DNA from: Lingula anatina
Taxonomy: Eukaryota; Animalia; Brachiopoda
Assembly (NCBI GenBank): GCA_051362555.1
Contig: CM120641.1
Location: 18,228,001 to 18,292,000, forward strand
DNA length: 64,000 bases
Direction: 5' to 3'
Below the pieces are notes generated by a model. That model ran no database searches. It was not told the origin of the DNA and was given only the letters and a program-made list of their open reading frames with translations. The translations under genes and the position numbers were made by a program. This document shows positions 38,901-52,545 of the stretch, one piece after another; position 1 is the first letter of the stretch; each line of letters begins with the position of its first letter.

Positions 38901-40599
38901 CAGTGGCTGATTTTATCAATGCTATGTGTAATCCTAGGACAGCACATTGACAAATACCCCATAGTCATGCGAGCCTAGGCATTCCATGTATGTTGTTATT
39001 TGCTTATGTCATGCGAGAACATGCTTGTTCATTGTTACTAGAGTCTTCCGGGAGCCAACTGTGTGTTTCTTTAATGCACAAACCTGCTCATTTTTAACGA
39101 CTGCATGCGTAGTCTGATCAATTATCATGGAAACGATCATTTGTCAAGTAGATTTCCTAGACCAGAAAAATACACCAACCAGAAAGGAAACGGCAAGTCC
39201 AGTTTGTCACTCCGTTGTGCTTCAAACAAGGGGTTGGTGTGCGTACGGTTGTCATTGATGACTTATAGCTGAAACAAAATAAAGCGAATTATTGACCTTT
39301 TTATAGCTGACATATCAACTGGATAAGTAAAGACGCAAAAGAGAAACTGGGCAAAAGCGTGATTAAGACGCATTTTGATCATTCGATAGCAAAAATATAA
39401 AACGATGAACATGTTTTTGTCAGATTAACTTTCTTTTATCAGCTAGATTCTAATTTTTGGATTGTCCTTGACATTTTTTGTTTTATAATCATTACATTTT
39501 ACTGAACTTCAAACCATGCCCTACTGTGGGTTCGGAATCATAAAGCCTGATCCCATACCTGGCACGAGTAAATGTGTTACACAGTAAAACGTATTTCGAT
39601 GGAAAAAAGACTAACGTTAACAGTAAAGCGATGAAAATAAGTTCATGGTAAACTAATCGTCTGGTAGAGTTCACCTTTGGTTAACCAGGTCATCTATAGA
39701 AAGCCATCTGCCACTGACTGTCAATTCCGCTTTCGATAAGTACTTAAAAAGTGTTCTTTTTTTCAGATCGATTTATTTACAAAAGTTAAGAGAGAAGTTT
39801 TTGTAACTTTTTATAATTTTTGTCGTAATTAGTCAAATATACACATCCACTGTAATGTGCACTAAGATGATGAGGTTTGTGTGTGGGTGTTGGAAGGGAA
39901 GGGGGGAGAAGAAAGAAGGGGGATAGCTCATTTTACGCAATTTTCAATGTAGGTTATCAATTTCACTTTCAGAATTATCGTTTATGTTTATATGGTCTCT
40001 TGGCGAAATCCCACGAAAGTAATTTGTTTTATTTAATTTTGATTATTATTTATTGCCAACTGGGATTCACAACGTGTTATAAAGATACATTTTTGTCGAC
40101 TCGGACACGAGCGAAAAAACGTCCATTATTTCCCTCATTTTCCTTATTAAAGAAGTTTGGAAAACAACTTTTCCCCACCATTTAGAAAGATGTCAGTTGA
40201 AAGTGAAATATCGTTATCTGTTGTTTCCTTAATCTTCCTTCGAGACGATGTCATGTTCTACATTATTTAATGAGAAAACTGGCGATGCAGTAATGCTTTT
40301 ATTTATAAAACGATACTGAAAATAACTTGTGCAGGCGTCTGTTAAAACAAGAAGGCATGTAAAACCAGCCCATCTGTCTGACACTGTCATTACTTTGGTT
40401 CTGAAAAATTACAGAATAGAGAAATTACGGCTGCCGTCGTGTAACAAGTGTAGTCACATAAATCGCAAGATGTCAACCGGGACTTCGCGAGGTTTCTCAT
40501 TCCTATAAAAGTGGCTAACCGACCTTGTTTGTGCTGGAATAGTACAGAAATTAATATCAACATTATGAAGAAACAATGATTAGTACGCCATGCACATTT

Positions 40600-41340
40600 C
40601 AGAAACACCTCGTTTGTCGTTCCGGACGGCTCTTCCTGTTTTAATCGATTCCACAAATAGAACGCACGTGAGCGCGTACGGAAAATTACTCGGGTCATCA
40701 TTTCAGCGACGTCGCGTGCAGGCGGGTCGCATCAGTGAAGTTCTTGTCATTCTTTAACTGCTCCAAACATCCAATCGACGTAATTAAGTTATCCGAGAGG
40801 GGTCGGAGTTTCCGGACGTCATCGTCCGCGTTGCATATGTATATAAATGTCAAAATTTCTGCTCTGTCGTCGGACAAGTTCCGTTCTCGACCCAACGCTT
40901 TCTCTCCGAGTCCTGAAGTTCGACGGGCACAGGTGACACGCGGCTGCTAAAAAAAGAATCATACTTTGTGGTAAACAGGTTGTGATACGCTACAGAGAGA
41001 TCGTAACTAAAAAATTGTGGTTTGTTTTGTTCGAGTCGGTGATTACACATGGGTAGAGTGACGCATGAAGAAAGAAAAAAAAAGGGCGGGTAACACAGGA
41101 TTCCATAAATAGAACATCGGGGATTTGGCCTTCCGGGTTGTCCTTGAAATAATGAAAGGGGGTCGTCATTTAGGGTTCAGAGATCCTTTAAATATGTAGA
41201 TAACCACGTCCTCTTCTCTGCTTTGTAGACATTCTGTAGCTTCGGACGACGTGTAGGGATCATTATATCGTGAAACCACAACCGAATAAGCAGGCACGGG
41301 TCCGTTAAAGAGAATCAAATATTGTGTTTATCATTTCAGT
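40600..41340 (+). promoter_or_regulatory. CpG-rich putative proximal promoter/5' region of ITPK1
   Basis: Visibly CpG-dense and GC-rich (e.g. GCGACGTCGCGTGCAGGCGGGTCGC), immediately upstream of the acceptor at 41339 and the ATG at 41362; CpG becomes rare downstream. Confidence 0.5.
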
Positions 41341-41361
41341 GTCGACTGGGGTAACGTCACC

Positions 41362-44300
41362 ATGACCAAAATAAAACGGATAGGCTACTGGTTTTCGGAG
41401 GAGAAGTACCATAAGTTAAAATGGATGGACTTTGAGCAATACTGCAGGTAAGCGATTCGGTTTTAAAGGTAACGTCTTAAAAGTACGGAAAAGAACGCCT
41501 CTGGAAACCGCAACTGACAGGTACCTAATTATTTGATGTTAACTGCTTCCTGAAGATGACTCCAAGAGATAAATGACAACATTTAAGAGAGCCTTCGCTG
41601 TTTCTAAGGAATCCCAGTTAAGACATAGACCTAATATTATAATGCACCCGTTTTAACTGGTGATGTGATTTTGGGTCTTAAACATAACTGGTAAGATGAT
41701 ATGTTTTACAAATATTGTATTATTGGTTCTTTTGACAATCTTTAGTGTAAAGACTTGACAAACAATTTGAGTTATTCTTGTACATGGGCTTACTGTTCAC
41801 ATGTATACTGCCCCAAACAGCTGACAATGCCCTCAGCCTAAAGCACTGTTTGGCTGTATGATTTAAATGTCGCCTTACCCAAGAACTGAGGCAAATGTTT
41901 ATTTTTAATGCCTTTTGTTTCAAAATCAGAACAAAGAACTAACATTTGTGGAACTTCACTGATTGTGTTGTGGTACTTCTCATAAGGAAATTCGAGTCTA
42001 TGAATTCTTTGAAATTTCATTATCATGTTTTCTTACATCTGAGAGTAAATTGATTTTCTCTTAGAACATCTCAGTCATACTAATAGTCATGCATGTCTCT
42101 CTTACATTTCAGTGATTGTCATGATCACTCAGAGATGGAACTGGTTAGGGTAAGTACTCTTGTTGCTGTCACATGCACAATAGCTCCTTCCAGTGACGTT
42201 TTTAAGGAAACCATTTTTACACTAAACTCCAGGAAGATGACAACTTGAATGCTTCTGTAAACATATGGTCCAAGTGTCTGGGTTCTCCCTTGGAGTCTTT
42301 TGTAAACTTTTGATAGTTATTCAGCCACATTTCACAATTCAGTATGATAGAACCAAGTCTGGTTACTTAGACGCCACCTAGCCCACAAAGTTAAGTTTTA
42401 CAAAAAATGCTTTTTTTTCACTCTAAAAACAAAAGTATAATATTGTCTCAAAACCAATTTCTATTCATAATTCTAACTAATATGTCAATAACATTTACAT
42501 AGACTTTTTATGAAAAAGACTTTGGCTTTATATTACATTGTCAGCTATATATAAGTTCAATAGATTAAATGAAACCCTTTGACTTATTTTACCATTTTTT
42601 TTGTTACTTGCTAGTTTTGAAAACACCTTCCGTTTAGACTTTGTAACTAGCACAGATTATTGCATTTGACTGAGCTATCTCAACAAGAGTAGAAAAATAC
42701 TATCTGATGAACAATATAAGGTCTGTTTCTGTATTCTTCAGGTCGACTTAAGCCGTCCCTTACATGAACAAGGGCCTTTTGATGCAATAGTCCACAAACT
42801 GAATGATCTAGTACTGCTGGCTGACCAAGGGGAGCAAGAATCAATAGTGCAATTAAACAGGTTCCAGGTAATTGACTTTTGTTATATATATTATTTATAC
42901 TGTTAGTTTGTAGTACATATTTTCTTCTGAAATGGACACAAAACAAGGCAATCTAAGTGACTTGCCTGTCATTTAGAACTAAATTATTTGATAATAAATT
43001 GTATAAAACATGGAAACCAAGTGCAAAGACAGGTTGAGCAATGTTTCATGAGTAGGTGAAGTTTCCCTTTTTTCAAATTCAATTTTAGGGAAAATTCTGA
43101 GAAGTATACCTTTCGTTATGGTAGAGAAAGCTAAATATGATAACTGATGCATAAGAAATAAGTTTAAATAAAATTTTGAATAACAGTGCAAGTCACAGTC
43201 TCTATTGATTAATTGAAAAGTGAAAATATATATATTAACAGATAGTTCAAAGTGAGAAGTCCTTAAAAACACCTGTCCTCAAAATGACTAATATGTTGGG
43301 AGCAAGCTTGGTTTAATTGTACACATGTTTTACCCTTGACACTGAAGGTGAAGATGTCTGCATTATTGGCTTTGCATGTTGGGCTTGTTGGCATATACAG
43401 TGTGCCTTCAAGGTGTTTGTACTTTTGCATTTTGGACATCTTTTAATGTCGTAATCCATATATGGTTGAGAAAATACACTCGAGTGTTATATGCCAGAAT
43501 ACCTCAAGCATCTGCCAGAAGTGTTCAAGGCATATATCTGGAATATTATTTGACATAGGTACTGAGAGAAAGTAATTGGATTTCACTGAAAAAGAAAAAC
43601 ACCTCTAAAACAAAATAAAAACGTATATTGCACATTCACATAACATCTTTAGGTAAGTATCATACACAAACACAAACATTCACGTGCCTTCCATACAAAA
43701 TGCATATTGCCACTCATGTTTTCTCACGTTTATTTTTTGTTTAAATGCATCTTGAAAGTACACTTTTCATGGTTGAAAATGTCCCCCACAGTTATATTTT
43801 TTCTCCAAATGTCCTGCAAAGCATATCTTTCCTAATTCGGACCTTAGATATTCTTCAGATAAAGTTGACTGCTGTCAGTATTTCATCTAACATTCCGGGT
43901 GTACATGGTGGTCTAAATGAATCATGACTTGTTCAGAACAAGTCATTCAATTGGAATTGGTTCAGAACATTGTATCCAAAGACAGGGATGTGTCGAGTAA
44001 TGATTTGTGAGAAGAAGAAAACTGTTAATTGAAAATTGGATTTGGCCCGAAAATCCCTTATAGAATACCTTTAAGCAGATACTAAGCCTTTCCACTGAAA
44101 TATTGGCACTTAAATTGGTACACCTGTGCATTGGACAAGACACGTATGGTGTAATGCCAAAATAGTATGTCTGATATGTTTATCTAGTCTTTGCCAAAAG
44201 TTTTAGTACAGGGATGCACTAATCCCAGACACTGCCATAATTTTATTCATATTATTTATTTATTTTTTGGTTGCCCTTGACATTCTGAAAATCTGCTTCT

Positions 44301-47300
44301 AAAAATATGAAAATTTCTAAAGAAAATGCTTTGTACATTATTTTGTTGACATGAAAACTGACAGCAAAATGACAAATTTCCTTAAAGTCATTAAGATAAG
44401 CCATTGTTCTAAAGATCTGTTTTGCACATGCTTTTCACAAGCATTTGCCCAACCTCTCCTAAATATAGTCCCACAGGTCAGATATTACATGTGATATAAG
44501 GCATTAAATATGCTATTTGATGATGAACCATGGCATAACATGTTATCACATTGGCGTGGGGAGACAAACTACTGGAAATCTGACATCTGATGGACAGATA
44601 GCCTGATTATGATTTAAACTGTGGCATTTTATGGGTGTGTGTTCTAAATTTACTCAAATTGAACAGGTAAGAATTATTATCATTTGAAAAAGATCATGGA
44701 CAAATGATGATCCATCTGTAAATAGGCTTAAATGAGTTTTTGCACGAATCTCTCGTGCTCTTTTTTTTCTCATACAAGTTTGTATGCACTACGTAGTTTA
44801 GTTTTAAAGATTTTCATTGAAAACTCGATATAATTAAATTAAAAGAAAAAAAATAATGTGTATTTTTAAAAGTATTGATGTTTTTTAAAGAAAAATATAA
44901 AAATTTGCTTTTGTGCATTCTAACATCTGGATAGCTGTACCCAAACCCCCCCCCCCATAGCCAGGGGGGGTTTGAGGGATTCGAAAGAACTGCCCCTTTT
45001 GTCAGGAAAAGGTCCATTTAGGGTAAAATTTGATCTAGGTACACATAAGTTTCATTGTAAAAGGTCCACTTTTTCAGAAAAAGAACCCCCCTTTTGAATT
45101 TGCTGGCTAGGGGCCTGACATGTATTGTCACCTTAAGTTCTGATGTGGGCATTGTCATTTATTTTGTCAGAAAATTACTAAAGTGGAACCTTGCTTACAA
45201 ACAGCTATTGTGAAGAACAGTGGCAATAATAATAGTTTAACAATGAAAACATCGATATTGCCAAAAGACCATTACCTATCCTTTCACTTATCCCACAAGA
45301 CCCCAAAGCTATCACTACGTATGTCTTTTTAGAATCAAGTCAAACAAGGCAAATGCATCAAGTATTTTAATGCATAGCAAGATGAAAAAGATGCTAGGAA
45401 GGTTGCCGTTAGGTTTATAACTTTAATACACATTTGAAGTACAAATTTTTAACCCCTAAATAGACTGATTTTCTCTAATCCTAAAATACTGGAGTGACAT
45501 TTGTACATGAACATTGCCCAAATGCTGAGTGATAATGGAAAGGCGTAATGTATTTTTGTTGTGGATTCTAAAAGTCATAAAAGCATTGAAATGATCCATT
45601 AAACAATCCACTAAATGTTAAATATCTTTGTTTTTTCCTGAATAGAGGAAAATTAATTTATGGATAGCAGGGGTTTTCTTTAATCTACTCTGATGACTGT
45701 TTGATGATAATTTTCACTGGCCCTGTTCCAAACTTCAAAAGTGCAAGTTGAATCATGTAAGTTTGTGAAATGTACGGTGGTTACTCAGAAATACCGAACT
45801 CCACTTTTTCTCAACAGGGATTTGTTTCAGAATTTGTATGCAATTAGTCAGAAAAAACAAACCATCTGCTTTGAATTCAAGTCGTTATCTAGAAGTTTCT
45901 GGTTAACAGTTAAAGAATTACAAACCAAACATTAATTTGAGAAATATAATTTATCTTATACTCTCTGCATTCTTTGTCTACATGTCCACATATCTTTACC
46001 AATTCAAAGAATTATAAAGAATTATAAAACCCCTTTAATTAACGTACCTAATGCTGATATTTCCATCTGAAATGTACAGGAAGTCAGAATTATTTGATTT
46101 AAAAATAAAATGGACGTTGAATCCAAGTGCAGTTATGGATAGAGTAATGATTCATTAGTAGGAGAAAAATTGCTGATGTTTCAAAGAAAATTCAATTTTG
46201 CTGGAAAATCCCAAATAGGACACCTTTAATCAATTGCATGATAGTTTCAGTGAGAAATAACTGAGTCAGTTTTTATAATCCATATGATCCAAATCAGTTC
46301 TTTTAAGTGTGTGATTGGTACGGAAAGATGTCTTCAAACAAGCAGATAACAGATAGAGTGGATTGAGTCTATAGAACTTCATATGTAAGTTTTTAGGTCC
46401 TGCCATACTGGCAGCTAGGCTAGCATAATATTTACTAAGATTAAAACTACTGCTAGTGTGATGACCTAGACCCACACTACAGCATAGCTTCTTGTTGTAA
46501 ATAGATAGGTCTGTTGTTCAGAATAACCCATTAGAGCCAAGTCATCTTTATATATCATTCTAAAAATAGTGGTACTAAAAAGTTCTTCGGTGCATGATTT
46601 GCAAACCTACCTTTAAAATGCAAACAAAAGCAAGCCAGTTTATTTAGCTGTTAATTACTTAACTATTACTGAAACAGTTAAATTAGGTTAATGCACATAT
46701 GACTTATATTTTAATATCTTTTAAAGTCATTACTACAAAATGCGGTTTATTTTTACGACTGAATAGCTCCATGGTCTTGTGTACACATCTGTTTTGTTGA
46801 AGTTTATCATAATTATGGAAATCACTTCTATTAAATGTACTATTTTTTCATGACTTCATCGTAAATATTGCAAAAGGGATGCAGGCACTACTGCTTGATA
46901 TGGAACGTTTTATTATAAGACCACCTTATATAGAAGAAGTAAAAGACCTCTTTTTAGCCATGTTTCTACAGTTGATGAAAATTAAACAACATCAACAACA
47001 ACAATGATTATAATAATCACTCTAGTGTAAAGAATTCTCAACCCTCAGGGGATTAACATTGCTATTTCAAAGGACACCCTATTACAAAATGGAAGTGATC
47101 TAACATTTGATCAGATCTCTTACCCACAATATCATGGGCCTCCCCCTTAGACTGGGTTCCCATCCCTAGATCGATCTAACAGGATCGATCCATCTCCATG
47201 GGGTCCCCTGCTAAATTGCTTTCAGCCCAAGCAGCTTAGACGTCTGGGATGCCCACCAAAGCTGCTAAACGATAGTTAATTACCCCCTATCAGCTTCAGC

Positions 47301-48550
47301 AGGCCTGACCAACACCTAAGCTGCTCAAGTTAATTGCAATTAAGCGAGAATCCCCTCGGAGATAGTTCGATCCAAAGTTAGTACGAAAGAGAGCATTTAC
47401 ATCGAGAAGAGCCGAGGTCTAGCAAGGCCGAGACCTAAATATGGCGGATCTACATAAAAGGAAGACTGCCTAATCCTTTAATGGTCTCTCAATGAATGTC
47501 ACTGAAAGTCATTGAGAGACCATTAAAAGATTAGGCAGTCTTCCTTTCATGTAGGTCCGCCATGTTTAGGTCTCGGCCTTGCTGGACCTCAGCTCTTCTC
47601 GATGCTCTCATAGTCTCTGGGAATGGTTTCTTAAACAGTTGCTCAGCCACAGAGGAGGATAATTGTGGGCTTGGGCATAAACACTCACCTGGGCATCTGC
47701 AGTAAGGCTGAGCATGGAATTACGTACAACAGTTGATCTGAGACCATGCTTGACTTGCATATACATAACATAGACAAGGATGTTTACTTCTCAATATTCA
47801 GGTAAGAAATAGTCCCACTGCCAAATACAAAGGGTATATCTGACAAGGAACGTGTTCCTCTTGACTATCTCAAATCCAGCAGGGTCTGATACAATAATTT
47901 TGTCGCAGACTACTAGTGGACTCAGTGGTTAGAGAGTACCGATCCCTAACAGACTCATCATTCCTTTAATTAAGCAATGTGACTGCCTGATTATGTAACT
48001 TAGACTATTTCTGGTTTAAAATAGTCTAGTTCTGAATACAGCCAAAAGGGTTTGCCTAGGAACAGATTGGTATAGAAGTTATCTTTAAGTGCCACCTCTT
48101 ACTGAATGTTAAGCATCCTGTTATATGACGCATATGGCTCTTTAAGATAAGTCCTGTCTATATTACATTCATGTGTGGGGGTGGAATATTTTAACCATTC
48201 AGTTTTTATAATAAATAATTATCTTAATAAAATTTGAAGAGGCTGATAATTATTCCTGAGGCTTGAGCCAGTGTAGCATGTTCCATAACATACCTTGCCA
48301 TTTGCTGCAAGATGCATGATAAACCACATGAATCAATGTCTGGTGAGTTATGTTAAACATGGGCATGCACTTCAGATACATGAAAGATCACTCAGACAAT
48401 CTGCAACTCAATCCAGTATGTCTTATTATATTTTATTTGTTTTATGGCTACATGGATGGCCATTGCAAGGTTGATGCACCCAAGGCACTGACTTTCCTCA
48501 GACATGTTTTACCATTAAAATTGGACCCAGTTTAGTGTTCCATGCCCTGT

Positions 48551-48581
<31 letters not shown>

Positions 48582-51500
48582 GGGGGGGGGGGGGCGGCAG
48601 GCATCAGCTTTCTGCAACCTCTAGCTACAGGCCTCTACGAGAGAGAAAGAGAGAGTGAGATTTCAGATTTTTTCAAACTGTAACAAAGCCGCATTCAGAA
48701 CAACCGACTTAAATTCATGGATCAAATATGGCCGACCCACTTGAATGCTTGTTACCTAATCCACAGGGGGAATCTTTTAGGTATCTATTAGTGGATTAGA
48801 TGGCAAGCTTTTTAGTGTGTTGCCATGCCTGTGGACTAGTTAATTTGCTGTTCTGAATAGGGCCTAACTTAAACCAAAAATGATTGAATGCCAGCAATAA
48901 CCAGATTACATGCCCCTCCCCATGTTACATGTTTTACAGATAACATGGAAGAGTCAGTAAAATGCACGTACTGAATCGAATATCATGATTTACAAATAAA
49001 GTGGCTGTCGAGGGACCACATACTATTTCTGCTCTAAGTCAGTTACTTTTCAGTTTATGTATATGATGCTATGCTTTTTCTCTGAAAGTATATTTATTTA
49101 TCTTGATGGTACCTATTGTTCTATCTTTTAGGAATACATGAAAAACCACCCAAACATTCTGCTGCTTGATCCATTCCAAAATGCTCGCAGGTTGCTCAAC
49201 AGATACGAAGTGTGTAAGCTTATCACAGACAGTGAGATTTGCAAGGGAGGTATGTACCTGCATATTTGATAGCCCTTAATATATTGATTTAAAGATTATA
49301 GATATTAGCGTTACCCAAATATGTAATCTGGTGAAGACCTCCTCTAGTGTTTTCATTTTTTATAGGTCAAACAAGCAAAGGGATTACTTTAAAGCAAGCT
49401 TCTTAGTCTTATGTAAACGTGCAATGACATGTACACAAGTTCATATGCTTCATACAGTGCATTCAAAACAGATGATCTGAGGACTAACTGATCTGCTGAC
49501 TAAATATGGCTGACCCCACTGAAAAGTGACGCTGCTAATTCCCTGATGGTCTCCCTGCCTCCACATGCACCATTAAATGGATTAAATCTCGGCTCCAAGG
49601 TTTAATTACTAGGACCCTGCAGCAATGGCGGGTGTGGAGGCAGGGAGACCAACAGTTTATTAGTCTGCGCTATTTTTAAGTGAGTCGGCCATATTTAGTC
49701 CGTGTATCTGTTAGTCCAGAGATCAACTTGTTCTGAATGCCCTCATAGGTTTATATGAAACATATGGTAGACACAGGCTTAGAATTATAAATAATTGTTT
49801 TGAAAAAAAAATAGATTTATTTACCACTTGTAAGTGAACTGTTTGCCTTTAATAAATGATACGTACCCTGGGAAAATGAAGGTCCATCTGTTATGGATTT
49901 TGAAGTTTTGAATTATGTTGACTGCTTTATTTCCATTATAATGAATTAATGCTACGCACATGCAATGAATGATATGTCACATAAGCAATCTGCAAATCAC
50001 TTAAAAATTGTACTTTTTCACATAAAACAGACCAAAAAGAAAGTGAATTTACTTTTTATGTGTATGGAGAATGTATGGGAATGAACTAAAAGGACCTTGC
50101 CTGTCCCTTATTGAAAACAACATTACAAAAATACACGTAACACTGTTGTTTAAACCAAGGAGTTATAACTCCTTGTTTAAACACAATAAAATAGTTGCAG
50201 ATTGATATCCGGTGTTTCTGATATCTTTGTATGACTAAGAGAGATAATGTTTCAATAAATGTGTTATGCCATACCAAGTTATTTATGAAGAATAACAATA
50301 ACATTAATTACATCCTGGCAATGGATAAAAATAGAACGATGAATAACCCAGCACCTATGTCCTGTTAGAACATGATAGGCATAGTAATTGTGCTCTGCTC
50401 AGCAGAATGATCCGTGCCTATATCTTTAGCTATATACAGAGTGTATGGCAGCACTGACAAATACTGAGGTATCAGATATGTTTTTCATGAAATATTGTCT
50501 GAAAACAAAGAAAATAAATGGTGAAAAATATGTGAAGTATGCCTGTCTATGTGTACTGTAGCCTTGCTGAGTGTCAGATTGATCTATTGAAAATTATATT
50601 AACTCTTTGGGAGATACATTATTGTTGGCTTAATATACACACACCTGTTGTGTATGGAAGCCATTCTGCCTAGAGTTTTGTAGGGATTAAAAAAACATTG
50701 CTGTTTTGGAACCCGTGTTATGTTCTACCAAATCCATGCAGAATGCAAGAAATCTGAAGATTTCAATTAGCACTGCCTTTATTTGCTCTCAAATTTTTGT
50801 TGCAAGAAGTGTGAGGCTTTACCTCGGCCTTTAAATTAAAAAAAAAAAAAGATTTTTATCTAAAACTACACTATGACCTAAAAGATGTCTTATTTATTAA
50901 GGCTCAATAGCACTAAGGGCTTAAGTTCACCTGCATATATATGAGCCTCACAAACAACTTGAGCACTGATTGAACTTTAAGTTATTGAACAGGTATGGAT
51001 TAAAAAGGAAAAAAAATCCATTGTACCATGTCATGAAAGAGTGCTGGAGGTCCAAATGTATAAGTAGCTAAGTAGAAATGGTTTTTAGAAGTACAAGGTA
51101 CATGCATTTTAGATGCATACATATTTTTTGATTCAGGGCTACAGAATGAGTAAAGTGGTCCTTAAATACCTTTTCCTCTAACCTGTGAAGAGATTATACT
51201 GGTACGTGAAAGGTTCATTTTGCAGATCTCCCATTTTCCTTGTTGTTAGACAGGGGCTATATATGGAACACGTTCCATGCTTTTTAACAATAAATTTAAT
51301 GCATGTGCTCAAAAAATTTTTCATCTTTTGTTAAATTTTGCATTTTGATGTGAAAATACAAGAAATGAATCTAATCTTTTACTTTGCTGAATCCAATGTA
51401 AATGAAAAATTAGTATTCTAAAAATGTATATTTTTAGGGAAATTTTCACTGAAAATTGCATCATTTTCTCTATGTATTGGAACGTACAAGTGCATCTTAG

Positions 51501-52141
51501 TTCCCTAGGTTTCCCATCTGTTCAGTCTGCAGTGATGGGCTGTGGTTAGAGATATATATGCACACAAGTATTTTTTTCTTTACCTAAAGTAATATTACAG
51601 GTGCTAGCAAAAAACAAACAAAAAAAAAACAGCATTCACCATTATAGTTTAGAGACCTGCATTCCCAAATTAAAGATGTACTTTTACATGTACTTTAAAT
51701 CACTTAATTTGATACATAAGCTATAGTTTGTGGTAAATCTCAGTAGACAATGTGGATAACCTAGAGCATGTCACTTGTGGTAGTTAAGAGTGCATGATTA
51801 TAGCCTGAAGGTTCCAATAGTCCCAAGGTTCATTGGTCGCTATAGAACCTTCAGACCACCAAACCCTTTTATTAAAAAACTGATGAAAATGTTACAATTT
51901 TTCACACCAGTGAACCTTCAGGCCATCAAGATGCACTCAGTAGTTGCATGTAGGTTTCATGTCCTTTTTTGACATACATTGCATTTTGTTCTGTTAAATA
52001 TTGTATTCTGCTCGGAGATGGTAAAATAAAAATCTATCCAATCTATCTATGAAGCAAACTGATTAAAGTAGTTTTTATATCAGATACAGTTATAGCATGC
52101 AGTAGCCTATTTTTAAGAACAATAATAATGACAGGGATGAT

Positions 52142-52200
<59 letters not shown>

Positions 52201-52502
52201 CATTTTCCAATATTTTAGTCACGTACTTGAGTACCTTATCTCTCCCCCTCCACTGGATATAATGAGAGATTTGAACTTAAAAACATGCTGTTATGCTATG
52301 ACCTGAAAACATTTGGTAGAAACATGCACCTTGGCTTTTTGCCAGGGATGAAACAAGTGCAGTATTTATGGATATGTTTTCTTCTTTACCCAAAGACAAA
52401 ATATACTTTCAAGTTTGTGCAGTGCTATCTTTGTGAAAAAAGGTACAGAATTGAAAAGAATTTATCACTCTTATGAAGAACATTGAAAGTGTAACTCACT
52501 CA

Positions 52503-52545
<43 letters not shown>

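Noticed and set aside
41549-41575. CTGAAGA-TGACTCCAAGAG resembling a minimal hammerhead ribozyme core
   Set aside because: The required GAAA after stem II is missing and no stems I/III are evident.
47915-47950. tRNA/SINE A-box-like TGGACTCAGTGGTTAGAG
   Set aside because: No B-box or cloverleaf follows.
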